DNA of 64,000 nucleotides from an uncultured Candidatus Saccharibacteria bacterium (GTDB lineage: Bacteria > Patescibacteriota > Minisyncoccia > Phycocordibacterales > UBA9973). Where the stretch lies: the NCBI GenBank assembly GCA_964634365.1, contig CAZWJU010000002.1, positions 103,150-167,149 of the forward strand, read 5' to 3'. Both the position numbers and the translations under genes were made by a program. Under the pieces are notes generated by a model that did not search any database, was not told the DNA's origin, and saw only the letters and a list, made by a program, of their open reading frames with translations. Below, one piece after another: positions 26,926 through 37,055 of this stretch (position 1 is its first letter; each line of letters opens with the position of its first letter).

Positions 26926-27855
26926 TTATTGTGTCACACTAGCACTTCCGCTAGTAGCGTCTATAATATCCTGATTTAAAGTTTCAAGATTTTTAAGCAT
27001 TTCATTGACTATAGAGTCTGCTTGGTAAGCACTCGCAAGAGCAGGTATGGGGTCTATTGCATACCTCGATATATCTCCAAACATTTCTGAAGTTGAAATT
27101 ATGCTATTTATGAGAGCTAGGTGCACCTCACTTTCTCCGATAACAACTGGAGTTAGAAGTAGGGCATTTGCTAGTGATTTATACTTATCAGAAACTGCTT
27201 TTAAGTCTGCATTTACTGTATTTGTATTTGGTGTAGTTACAACTGTATCAAAAAGTATAAAATCATCTACTTTTATAGGATATTTTGTAAAAGCACTATC
27301 TACTGATTGTATATACGCAATTGCATTTGCACTAGTATCAGCAACGGTTTTTATATCTTTCATATAATACACAGTCCCAGCAGGTTTATTTTGTATAAAA
27401 GCTGATATCTCGGCTATGATACTTGACTCAGACTGGTCTGTTAACTCCCCGTTTTCTTGTAGTGCAGATATGAGCGAAAACAATTGCTGACTAAATGCTT
27501 CAGTTTGAGTAAGTGTCTCTAACTCACCAGAAGAAGATGCATTTGTGTTATCTATTGAGTTCTTTATATTCGAAACCTCCACTCCATCGCTTACACCATC
27601 TCCATTAGTATCACTATTCTCTGGATCCATACCCCACAAACCTTCCTCCCAATCTTTTAGACCGTCAGCGTCGGCATCTTGCTCAACAAGCTCCCCCACC
27701 TCAAGAACAGCAAAAGGTTCTTTTTCTGCTTCCTGTTTTTTAATTATGTCTGGAATTTTAGATACCAAAAACAATATTACTAGAGCCAAGATAACAGCAA
27801 AGATAGCTTTCTGAAAATTCTTGCTAGGAAGATACTTGGAAAACTGAGTATTCAT
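26926..27855 (-). CDS. Membrane-anchored protein with Ca-binding-like DxDxDG repeats, hypothetical
   Basis: N-terminal TM. DADADGLKDWEE and DTNGDGVSDGVE resemble thrombospondin-type-3 / dockerin-like Ca loops. Confidence 0.5.
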   Translation of the reverse strand: MNTQFSKYLPSKNFQKAIFAVILALVILFLVSKIPDIIKKQEAEKEPFAVLEVGELVEQDADADGLKDWEEGLWGMDPENSDTNGDGVSDGVEVSNIKNSIDNTNASSSGELETLTQTEAFSQQLFSLISALQENGELTDQSESSIIAEISAFIQNKPAGTVYYMKDIKTVADTSANAIAYIQSVDSAFTKYPIKVDDFILFDTVVTTPNTNTVNADLKAVSDKYKSLANALLLTPVVIGESEVHLALINSIISTSEMFGDISRYAIDPIPALASAYQADSIVNEMLKNLETLNQDIIDATSGSASVTQ

Positions 27856-27892
27856 ATGAAGACATTATACACTCTGTATGATTTTATGTAGA

Positions 27893-28705
27893 TTAACTCC
27901 TGTTAATATCTAAAACAGCCTTGCTGAGCAAAATCCAGTCTTTTAAGTTTAAGTCTTCGGCTCGAATCTCTGGATCAATCGAAATTGAGCTTAAAATAGA
28001 ACGCCATTGTATATCTTTTGAATAATCCTTTAGATTACCGGCTAGTTTCTTCCTTTTATGAGAGAAGCCTATTTTTAACAATCTAAAGAAAATAGACTCA
28101 TGGTCAAAGTTTTCAAAATTCTTGCGGGAAATATTTTTGACCGCCAAAATAGCTGAATCAACTTTTGGAATTGGGAAAAAAGAACCTTTGACAACCTTCT
28201 GTGCATATACAGGATCTCCGTAGGCTTTTATAGAAATCGATAAAATACTCTCTTTACCATCTTTGGCAACCACTCTCTTTGCGACTTCATCTTGGATAAG
28301 TAACACAAGTACAGAAGGCTGATATTTGGCAGACAAAAACTTTTCAAAAATTGCACCTGTAATATTGTACGGAATATTTGCGATTAGCTTATATTCTAAA
28401 TCTTTATAAAAAGATAAATTTTCTGGATCAAAATCTAAAGCATCGCCCTCTATAACATCTAGCTTCCCCTCTCCAATCTCGGTCTTGAACTCATCTTGTA
28501 AAAACGATGCTAGCTCATGATCTTTTTCTATTGCGACTACTTTACCTGCAAGTTTTAAAAGCGAACGTGTGAGCACGCCCTTGCCTGGACCAATCTCTAG
28601 TACAACATCCCCTGCATTTACATCACTCACATCTATCATCTTTGAAATTGCCCCGGGTGAGTTCAAGAAATTTTGTCCTAAAGATTTTTTAGCAATGTGT
28701 TTCAT
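27893..28705 (-). CDS. rsmA: 16S rRNA (adenine1518/1519-N6)-dimethyltransferase
   Basis: SLGQNFLNSPGAISKMIDV...VLEIGPGKGVLTRSL SAM motif. Confidence 0.85.
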   Translation of the reverse strand: MKHIAKKSLGQNFLNSPGAISKMIDVSDVNAGDVVLEIGPGKGVLTRSLLKLAGKVVAIEKDHELASFLQDEFKTEIGEGKLDVIEGDALDFDPENLSFYKDLEYKLIANIPYNITGAIFEKFLSAKYQPSVLVLLIQDEVAKRVVAKDGKESILSISIKAYGDPVYAQKVVKGSFFPIPKVDSAILAVKNISRKNFENFDHESIFFRLLKIGFSHKRKKLAGNLKDYSKDIQWRSILSSISIDPEIRAEDLNLKDWILLSKAVLDINRS

Positions 28706-28708
28706 ATA

Positions 28709-30625
28709 CTAATCTAGAAAAATAGTTTTTAATATTCCGCTTTGGCCATCCTGCTCAAATTCAACTAGATGCTCGGGTATATCTTCTATAAAACTAGATC
28801 TGCTGTTTACTTGGCGCATACCATATATTGTACGAGTTGTCGCATAAGTTAGATAGAGCTTCTCTTTTGCGCGAGTTATCGCCACATAGAAAAGTCTGCG
28901 CTCTTCTTCGGCTTCTTCTGTTTTTTTATATTGCCCGGAACGCTCATGCGGGAAAAGACCTTCTTCTAGTCCAACAATAAACACAACCTTAAATTCAAGA
29001 CCTTTGGCTGCATGCACTGTCATAAGTTTTACACCAGCACCGGCTCCCTCAAGTGTGTCTTGATCGCTTGCAAGTGCCGCACTTGTAAGAAGAGCGTCTA
29101 GTCCCTCCTCTGGACCAAGTGGATCATAGCGAGTAGCGAGAGTAACAAGCTCTTTTATGTTTTCTAGTCTTTCTTGCTCTTCTTCTGTACCTGTTTTATA
29201 AGCATCTTCTATACCAGATTCTGAGAGAGTAAACTTTACAACCTCGCTCGGTATATTAGATTTTGCAAAATTATTTATTTTCTCGAGTTTTTCATAAAAT
29301 ACTTTTATCTTGGCTTTCATCGCAACTGGGAGATTTTCTGTATCACCTGCCATAATCTTCAGCACAGTTGTCTTACCTATGCCACGAGCAGGAGTATTGA
29401 TTATGCGTTTTATATCTGAAAGTGAATCGTTGTTTAACGCAGCTCTAATATATGAAAGAATGTCTTTGATTTCTTTTCGGTCAAAGAATTTCGTACCGAG
29501 CACCTGATAAGGCAGGCTAAGATCGAGCATGGCTTCTTCTATAACACGAGACTGAAAGTTTGCCCGATATAGCACAGCGATATCACTAGCGTCTACACCA
29601 TCGCGAATATAAGATGAAGCTGTTTCAGCAACAAAATTTGCTTCGTCTATTTCTCCAAAACATTCTTTTAGAGTTATTTTTTCTCCTCCATCTTTCAGAG
29701 TGAAAAGATTTTTAGGAACGCGAACAGTATTTTTCTCTATAACACTATTTGCGGCTTCGAGGATTATGCTAGTCGAACGGTAATTTTGTTCAAGAAAAAC
29801 TATTTTTGCATTTGGATAATCTTTTTCAAATCTAAGCATGTTTTTTAAATTTGCTCCACGCCAAGAATATATATTTTGATCTGTATCCCCCACAACACAT
29901 ATGTGCCTATCTGTACCAACTAGAAGCTTAGAAAGTTCGTATTGAACCTGGTTTGTATCTTGGTATTCATCTATATGAATATATTTCCATCTAGATTGGT
30001 AAAATTCCTTTATCTCAGGATTTTTTTTCAACAACAAAACACTTTTCAAAAGTAAGTCGTCGAAATCTAGAGCGTTTTCTTTTTTCTTTTTTATTTCATA
30101 TCTAGCCCATATACGCGCATACAACTCTTCGGCGGCACTGCCGACCTTTGCTGCATATTCTTCTTGGGTAAAAAATTCTCCTTTTTCTTTTGAGATTACA
30201 TATTTATATTTTCTAGGCTCGTGCTCTTTTGGATCTAGGCCTTCTTCGCGAATAGACTCTTTTATCATAGAGATAGCATCGGATTCATCGAGTATCGTGA
30301 AATGTCTAGTTATACCAACCTCACGAGCATTTTCTTTTAAAATATGAACACCTAGCGCATGAAAAGTAGATATAAAGGGCTTAGAAGAGAGTCTCATATC
30401 AGAAATCGCATGCATTACTCGCTCTCGCATCTCACTTGCAGCTTTGTTTGTAAAAGTAATAGCTAAAATTTTATCTGGATCTATGCCTTTGTGTATGAGC
30501 TCGAGAATTCTGTGAGTTATAGTTTTTGTCTTACCGGCGCCAGCACCAGCGACAATCATCAAAGGTCCTTCAGTTGCTAAAACTGCTTCCGTTTGCGCTT
30601 GGTTTAGACCTTCAAGATGTTTCAT
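28709..30625 (-). CDS. UvrD/PcrA-family ATP-dependent DNA helicase
   Basis: LNQAQTEAVLATEGPLMIVAGAGAGKTKTITHRI Walker A, DEYQDTN motif II, and a C-terminal helicase domain. Confidence 0.85.
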   Translation of the reverse strand: MKHLEGLNQAQTEAVLATEGPLMIVAGAGAGKTKTITHRILELIHKGIDPDKILAITFTNKAASEMRERVMHAISDMRLSSKPFISTFHALGVHILKENAREVGITRHFTILDESDAISMIKESIREEGLDPKEHEPRKYKYVISKEKGEFFTQEEYAAKVGSAAEELYARIWARYEIKKKKENALDFDDLLLKSVLLLKKNPEIKEFYQSRWKYIHIDEYQDTNQVQYELSKLLVGTDRHICVVGDTDQNIYSWRGANLKNMLRFEKDYPNAKIVFLEQNYRSTSIILEAANSVIEKNTVRVPKNLFTLKDGGEKITLKECFGEIDEANFVAETASSYIRDGVDASDIAVLYRANFQSRVIEEAMLDLSLPYQVLGTKFFDRKEIKDILSYIRAALNNDSLSDIKRIINTPARGIGKTTVLKIMAGDTENLPVAMKAKIKVFYEKLEKINNFAKSNIPSEVVKFTLSESGIEDAYKTGTEEEQERLENIKELVTLATRYDPLGPEEGLDALLTSAALASDQDTLEGAGAGVKLMTVHAAKGLEFKVVFIVGLEEGLFPHERSGQYKKTEEAEEERRLFYVAITRAKEKLYLTYATTRTIYGMRQVNSRSSFIEDIPEHLVEFEQDGQSGILKTIFLD

Positions 30626-30663
30626 AAGTCCTTAGACTATAACATGTAAACAACATAACAGTA

Positions 30664-31052
30664 AAAATCTACAACCCGCCTCTGGCGGGTTTTTTTCTAA
30701 TCATTACTTTTTCAAAAAAGTAATGCAAAAATTTCTTTGCGTATAACTCTGTGTATATTCACGAAACTCGGACTCACTAAAAGTATTAACTCGGCTACCA
30801 CCTCAAACAGAATACTTTTTCCTAACGGAACGTTCGTCCTCGTTTGTTCATATATACACAGAGTTATAAGGCAAAGCTAGGGCCCAAATACACCAATCCA
30901 TACTTTTAAAAAGTCTTGCGCAGCCGGGCAGGCGAGCAGAGCAAAAATCTAGCAAGATTTTATGCGTGCTTTTTAAAAGTTATGGATAAAAGAAAGTTTT
31001 CCGGAAACTAGGCTCTGAGTTACTGTAGACGTGATGTGGGTTACAAAAACAA
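30664..31052 (+). repeat. Copy A of a multi-copy structured non-coding element of about 390 nt. It starts with an A-run + cccgcc-tctg-gcggg hairpin. Strand uncertain.
   Basis: About 80-90% identical to 38181-38580 and 56392-56760. No ORF. Compensatory base changes between copies; see findings. Confidence 0.75.
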
Positions 31053-31083
31053 TAAAAAATCCCCAGAGGGGATTTTTTATTGT

Positions 31084-31389
31084 TTATCCTATTTGATTCA
31101 TTACTGACATACTTTCTCTTTGAAATTTTTCTGCTTCTTCTTTTGCAATATTTTCGAAATCAGAAACATTTTCTCGCAAGAATCCAATTATCATCTCAGG
31201 AGATGCGTCTTTGTCTAGCATCTCTTCAAATTCTGACTGGAGATTCTCTGGCATACCATCCATAACTCTCATCAATATCCCTTGAAATATTAGTGAGCCA
31301 ATCCGCTCAATAATATCATTTTGCTCGTCTTCTGAAAGGGAGCTGAGATTATATGCATTTATAATTGTTTGACGTAATTTTTGATCCAT
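31084..31389 (-). CDS. Small acidic hypothetical protein
   Basis: 101-aa ORF followed by a terminator hairpin at 31058-31083. Confidence 0.5.
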   Translation of the reverse strand: MDQKLRQTIINAYNLSSLSEDEQNDIIERIGSLIFQGILMRVMDGMPENLQSEFEEMLDKDASPEMIIGFLRENVSDFENIAKEEAEKFQRESMSVMNQIG

Positions 31390-31411
31390 ATTTTTTAGTT
31401 TAAATTAATAA

Positions 31412-34400
31412 TTATTTTGCATTTTGTATCTCAGCTTTTTCCAACAATTCTATGTATTGTTGCAATCCCATACCAGACTGTGGAGGAATATCATATTTAT
31501 TTGCGATCTTTTCTATAGCATCCAACATTTTATTGATTGAATTTGTATCAGCTTTTGAAGCAGTTTCAATTATCTTTCCAGAAGCATCTTGGTAATTTCC
31601 ATCAAAATTTATTGAGTGATTAATATTACCCAATTCATCTGTTTCATATATTGAATCTGCTGGATAATTCTTCCAAATTTCCCATGTTCTTGTGTTAACA
31701 CCTTCAACAGAACTGTTATCTAGGTATTTATTTATGAAATCAGTAGTATTTTGTTGCACTTCTATAGATAGTTGGTCTGGAGTTACTTCTGGTGCATTTG
31801 GCGCACTTGCATCTACTGATACATCTGGTGTTTCAGGTGTATTTGCATCTGGGGCAGAAGCATCTATTGTTCCGCTACTGCCACCCATCTGACCTCCAGT
31901 ATTAGTATTTAAATCTATAAGCTTTCCTCCAGATAAAGGTGTGTTGTCTAGACCAGAAGCTCCCATTTGATTTTGGCCTATACCTGTAGCCGCATCAATA
32001 CTTCCACCCATCTGTCCAGAACCAGAATCTACTGTATCTGCAACACTTGGCTCTGCTTCTAGTGTTCCACCACTTTTTGTTCCGCGATAAATATACTCTG
32101 TATCATCTGGAGTTGCTTCAAACGGAGAACCTGCACTATGAGTTTCAATCAATTTTCCATCAATAAATTCTCTTACACCAAAACTTCCGTCTGGCATCTT
32201 TGTTATAACGTATGAAGAGTGTCCGATTGTGTCATATCCAAGTCGAAGTTCTGTACCATGGTTGAAATATCCTGTGCTGATAGCTAGTCTATGAGCTTCA
32301 CCTTGTGCAAAAGTATGCAAACTAGAACTTCCATCCCATCCCATAGAACGAGCCAAGTCTGGATCTGCTTCAATCTGACGTATAAACAAGTGCTCCACAC
32401 CATCTCCAGGTCGTACAGTAGCAAGAGGGTTTATAGTCTCAATCTCTGGCTCTGGTGGTGGAGTGTGATCAACAACTGGACCTGTGCTCTCGTTTGCATT
32501 TTCAGCAGCAAAGTGTCCCGCCATAAGACCCGCTCCAATGCTTGAACCCATTCTTATGCCGGCATTTATATAGCGATTTACTTTTTCCAATTTTTTCTTT
32601 TTCTTCAATTCTGCTCCAAATCTATCTTCTTGAGCCTTCAGCCATTCTTCGGAGAATTCTCCCTCTCCTGTGCCTTGGCCTAGTGCCTTTTTATTTTTCT
32701 CGAATCTCTTATCGATCTTTTTCTGACTAAAGAATAGACTTTTTAGTCCTATACCTGCCTCTCCTGCTAGTGCACCACCTACTACACGTGCACCAACACC
32801 AACCGCCACTCCTCCAAGTGCTGCCAAGCTTCCAGCAGAAAATGCTGCAACACCTGTTCCTATGGCAATAGATAGAGCTACGCGCTTGTATCTAGGTTTT
32901 ACCTTGCCGTACCATTGTAGTGCTTTTAGGAGCACACCCTGTTCTCTCTTTGGAAGTGCTTCTATTTTTTCCTGGGCTAGTATATCTCCTTCGTCTAAGA
33001 TAATTTTTCTAAACAAAGTACCGGATTTATATTCAGCGAGCGCTTGTGCCTTTTGTTCATCTGTTTGATTTGTCTTTTCAAGCCGAGCTTTTTCTCTTGC
33101 ATACAATTCATTACCAAAAATAACTTTAGCGCCTTCGTAATTCTTTTTAGCTTCGTTGTATGCTATTAGCTTTGCATTGTCTTCTGGTAAATCTTCGGTA
33201 GAAATCTTTTCACCGCCAATTTTTGCCCACATTTTTTGGAAGATATTACGCTTGCTCTTCATCACACTTTGTCGTTCAGAGAGCATCTCCTCATATGCTT
33301 TCATGTATGCATCACGTGAAGCATCAAGATTTTGTGAAGGTGACATTTCTTTCTCTTTATTCTTTTTCTCTGTATCTTCTAGAGGAGTTTCATCTTTTTC
33401 TTCTGACAAAATATCTTCTGGTTTTTGATCTTTAGATTCTTCTGTACCAGATGTTGATACAATCTCAAATGCATCACTTCTGAGCGCGCCCACCATCTCT
33501 CTTTCACTCTCTGATCTCTTTTCTCCAGTTTTGTTATTTTCAAATTCAAAAATCTTGTTACCATTTTTATCAGTAACAACTCTGATTAGAGTATATTCAT
33601 CTCCACTATCTCTACCTTTTACAACTGCTCCTATATCGAGGTCGTTTATAGTGTTTTTTATTGCTCCAATATCAATCTCTGGTCTTTCTATCTTTCCAAT
33701 ATTTTCACTTGGAGAATCTATAGCAACCTTGCCGAGACTAAACATACTAGCTAACTCTTTAGCAGAATATGTCATAACCTCACCATTTGCACGTTTTTCA
33801 AGTGTATATATTTTTTGTTTTTTCTTGCCTTTACCTTTGGTTTCAATATTTACAATATTTGCATATTCATCCTTTTCAACTCCGTATAAAACATCTCCTA
33901 TCGCAAGACCCTCTACACGAGCATCTGCACCCTCCTTTGTCATAGAAATGGAACTTTCTACTGGAGTTTTTTCTGTTTCTTCTTCTAAGTCAGGATTTTC
34001 AGTTTTATTAATTTCCCAAGTTTGACCAACAAGCTCTACGTTTGGATTCGATTCAAAAAACTTGCGAGTATCTTCTTCGTTCATAACTACAGGCGTCTTA
34101 CTCTTACCAGCTCTATATGAAACTTTTCCATTTTCTACTTTAACAATCTCGTATTTAAAAGAAGGTTTATCAGTATCTGCATACTCTTGGCCAGCCATAA
34201 TCTTTATTCCATTTCCAAGATCTAAAACATTTTCTGCTTTTATATCTTTATCTTCGTTTTTAGGTGCAGTTTTTTTGTTTATAGATTTTTTATCTATACC
34301 TAAACCAACTTTTCCAATCGCTCTTGCATAAAAAAGCTCTTTATCATTGTGAGAAGACCCATCGTCCAGATTGAAAGTTCTTACACCTCTTTTGCTTGTT

Positions 34401-34756
34401 GTGATACTTTGCACGATTCTTGTCTCTTTTGTCTGATTGAAATATAGAGGAGTGCCTTCTGTGATCTTGTCCAAAAATTTATTGGCTTCTTCGCGCACAG
34501 ACTCAGGTATAGCTTCTCTATCCTGTGTAGGCTTATCATCTTTTGCTTTTGTCTTTGCAGTAGACCTTGCTGAAGGTTTTTTACCAGACCCCGCTTTTGG
34601 TTCTGATTTTTTATCCTTTTCTAAAGCTCCAAGTATTTTATTTTTTAGATCACCCAACCCAGCTGAACTTTTTTCTATATCAACCTCAAGTTTTTTTGCT
34701 TGTTCCAAAAGCTCTTCATCAGTTAGTTTTTTTATTTCTGGCTCTTTTTCACTCAT
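31412..34756 (-). CDS. Very large hypothetical protein (1114 aa). Charged N-terminal half, a Gly/Ala-rich TM segment, and a GGQMGGS-repeat C-terminal region.
   Basis: Long uninterrupted ORF. Hydrophobic block ALSIAIGTGVAAFSAGSLAALGGVAVGVGARVVGGALAG. No catalytic motif recognised. Confidence 0.6.
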   Translation of the reverse strand: MSEKEPEIKKLTDEELLEQAKKLEVDIEKSSAGLGDLKNKILGALEKDKKSEPKAGSGKKPSARSTAKTKAKDDKPTQDREAIPESVREEANKFLDKITEGTPLYFNQTKETRIVQSITTSKRGVRTFNLDDGSSHNDKELFYARAIGKVGLGIDKKSINKKTAPKNEDKDIKAENVLDLGNGIKIMAGQEYADTDKPSFKYEIVKVENGKVSYRAGKSKTPVVMNEEDTRKFFESNPNVELVGQTWEINKTENPDLEEETEKTPVESSISMTKEGADARVEGLAIGDVLYGVEKDEYANIVNIETKGKGKKKQKIYTLEKRANGEVMTYSAKELASMFSLGKVAIDSPSENIGKIERPEIDIGAIKNTINDLDIGAVVKGRDSGDEYTLIRVVTDKNGNKIFEFENNKTGEKRSESEREMVGALRSDAFEIVSTSGTEESKDQKPEDILSEEKDETPLEDTEKKNKEKEMSPSQNLDASRDAYMKAYEEMLSERQSVMKSKRNIFQKMWAKIGGEKISTEDLPEDNAKLIAYNEAKKNYEGAKVIFGNELYAREKARLEKTNQTDEQKAQALAEYKSGTLFRKIILDEGDILAQEKIEALPKREQGVLLKALQWYGKVKPRYKRVALSIAIGTGVAAFSAGSLAALGGVAVGVGARVVGGALAGEAGIGLKSLFFSQKKIDKRFEKNKKALGQGTGEGEFSEEWLKAQEDRFGAELKKKKKLEKVNRYINAGIRMGSSIGAGLMAGHFAAENANESTGPVVDHTPPPEPEIETINPLATVRPGDGVEHLFIRQIEADPDLARSMGWDGSSSLHTFAQGEAHRLAISTGYFNHGTELRLGYDTIGHSSYVITKMPDGSFGVREFIDGKLIETHSAGSPFEATPDDTEYIYRGTKSGGTLEAEPSVADTVDSGSGQMGGSIDAATGIGQNQMGASGLDNTPLSGGKLIDLNTNTGGQMGGSSGTIDASAPDANTPETPDVSVDASAPNAPEVTPDQLSIEVQQNTTDFINKYLDNSSVEGVNTRTWEIWKNYPADSIYETDELGNINHSINFDGNYQDASGKIIETASKADTNSINKMLDAIEKIANKYDIPPQSGMGLQQYIELLEKAEIQNAK

Positions 34757-34783
34757 ATATTTTAGATAAAATTGATAATTGTT

Positions 34784-36700
34784 TTATAGACCTCTTTTTT
34801 TAATCTCTTCTTTTAATTTTTCCAACAAATCTTTCTTCTCTTTGAGATTCTCTTCCTCTATCTCAACTGTTTTTAAAAGTATACCAAGATATTCCCTTTT
34901 TGTGACTCTGTCTTCTGTGATATCTTCGGATTTGTATTCTCTACGTTCGGAATATTGAAAATCTTTTAATTTGTCTTTTGGGATATCTCTAGGGGGATTG
35001 TCTTTGTTGTATCGTGTCTTTTTATAGTGCGTATAGGTATACAAAGTTCGTCCTTCAAATACAGTAAAAGGGTGTTTGATTATAAATTCATTTTCTCCTC
35101 TTACAGGCAAGATAAAATCACCCTGCTCAAAAGAAATTTGGGCTTCTTCTATAAAACGCTTTATTTGAGCTTCAATTATACTTTCTTTGTTTTCATATTT
35201 TAAAAGATCCTTGAGTTTATTTCTTTTATCAAAAATTTCTTTTTGTAAATTATCCTTCAGGGCATGCTCATCTCTTGTTTTCGGTGATTTCAAACCTCTA
35301 AGTTGCTTTTCCAGTTCGTCTATATCATCTGCCAATGAATCTATGAATCCCTGAGACTCTCTTTTTATTTCAGGATTTTCATCTGTAGTAGGGATAAATT
35401 CTCCAGAAGAAATCATTTCCCCAAACTCTTTATTGCTTATTTTTTTAACCACATTTTTACCTGTAGCGTAATTAAAAGGCCCTTCTAGTAAGACAAAGTC
35501 TTTGTTTTCATAAAAATCAAACCCCTCTTCTTTATTTAAATCTACAGGTTCTTCTTCAGAACGGATCGAATCAACAACTCTAAATATTGTTCCAGTTTTT
35601 TTATCTAAAAATTTTTCTCCTCTATATACTTTAATATCAGAATCTTTATATGGACTATTTTTTTCAAGAATAGATGTCAACTTATCAAAAATAATATCTG
35701 CATTTAATCCAATACCTTTGTCATCAGAGACAATATCTTTGAATTTTGAACTGTTTTGATTCTTTTCTCCTTTTCTAATTATTTCTTGCTTTCTATCTTT
35801 TGATAGACTCTTGATTTGCTTCTTTGTCCAACCAAGTTCCATAAGCGCATTGACCTCTTTCATTGCTTCAATCTGTTCGGTATTTCCTACACCTTGATCC
35901 TCTTGGTTATCGTCATCCTCTCCTATAGAATCCAAATTTAAGTCTTCTAAATTTTTAATCACCTTTGTAGGTTTTTTATTTTTTACAGATGCACGAATAC
36001 TTTTAACTGATGGTTTTTCTTCAACAGACTCTTCTGTTGATACTTCTTCTCCAGAATTATCTTTGTCTATTGTATTTCCATCCGCAACTTCATCTGCAAT
36101 ATCTTCCGACGCACTTTCTTTTGTTTCAATACTGTGTGTTTTCATGTATTTATCTACAATAGAAACAATAGAAGATATCATGGATTCGTCTTTTGTATGT
36201 ATTTCATTTTGAATTTCTTTTTGAATTGAAGATATTTGACCTGCCTCAAAAGACTCAATTATCTTCTTTATCTTTTTACGATCAGCTACTTTTATTTTTT
36301 TTGAAGAAGCTTCAATCTCTTCAATCAATTCACTAGCATCAAAAATCCCAACTGGGATTTCTGTGTCTTCTTCTTGTTCTGGGCCAGAGATATTTTCTGC
36401 TCGTTCTATTGAACCATTCATATCAATAGAGCCTACTATATTATGACTTCTCATATATTCATTGAACGCATCTGCAATCAGCGAAGCTTCATCTTTTGTA
36501 AGCTTTCCGGAATTTCGAAGTATCACAAGAATTCTTTTTATAGATTCTGGGTCTTTGTTTTTAGAAAATAAGGCTATAGGCTTCTCTAGTCTTGATTTGA
36601 TAAAAAGATAGTTTGAAATATCCTTTAAAATTTGCTCGTCCAAATAGGCTATGATTTGAATAGGGTTAATATCTGAAACCTTTGGGGGTTGTTCTGACAT
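34784..36700 (-). CDS. Large acidic hypothetical protein (638 aa)
   Basis: Long ORF of Glu/Lys-rich, low-complexity segments. No motif recognised. Confidence 0.55.
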   Translation of the reverse strand: MSEQPPKVSDINPIQIIAYLDEQILKDISNYLFIKSRLEKPIALFSKNKDPESIKRILVILRNSGKLTKDEASLIADAFNEYMRSHNIVGSIDMNGSIERAENISGPEQEEDTEIPVGIFDASELIEEIEASSKKIKVADRKKIKKIIESFEAGQISSIQKEIQNEIHTKDESMISSIVSIVDKYMKTHSIETKESASEDIADEVADGNTIDKDNSGEEVSTEESVEEKPSVKSIRASVKNKKPTKVIKNLEDLNLDSIGEDDDNQEDQGVGNTEQIEAMKEVNALMELGWTKKQIKSLSKDRKQEIIRKGEKNQNSSKFKDIVSDDKGIGLNADIIFDKLTSILEKNSPYKDSDIKVYRGEKFLDKKTGTIFRVVDSIRSEEEPVDLNKEEGFDFYENKDFVLLEGPFNYATGKNVVKKISNKEFGEMISSGEFIPTTDENPEIKRESQGFIDSLADDIDELEKQLRGLKSPKTRDEHALKDNLQKEIFDKRNKLKDLLKYENKESIIEAQIKRFIEEAQISFEQGDFILPVRGENEFIIKHPFTVFEGRTLYTYTHYKKTRYNKDNPPRDIPKDKLKDFQYSERREYKSEDITEDRVTKREYLGILLKTVEIEEENLKEKKDLLEKLKEEIKKRGL

Positions 36701-37055
36701 ATTGTACTTTAATTATACTAAAATTTTTAATTTTGTCAAATTTTAAGAATTTTCTGTAATCCACAGGGTGTGGATATAGTTCGTTGACTGGACTGCCAGT
36801 ATCGGATACCCTCTAATATGTAGGGTTCATATAGATAAGTATACCTTATTTTATATAATCCCTAATACAGATATCCCCATAAAGCTATATTTTGATAGAT
36901 TTTCCGGACGATTGTAACCCCAAAACAGTCAAAAAAGCTTGTAGTTACTACATTTTTGGTCACCTACATGCGACTAGTGGAGGGAAATAAAACAGCCTAT
37001 AAAACCTCAAATAAAAGATTCCGGCCTGAAAAACACAGATAATTCAAGGGGTCAG

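Noticed and set aside
30640-31060. Possibility that the repeat elements encode a small protein or toxin
   Set aside because: All three full copies are stop-ridden in all six frames (no ORF of 60 aa or more in the track). The conservation pattern is compensatory at the nucleotide level rather than synonymous.
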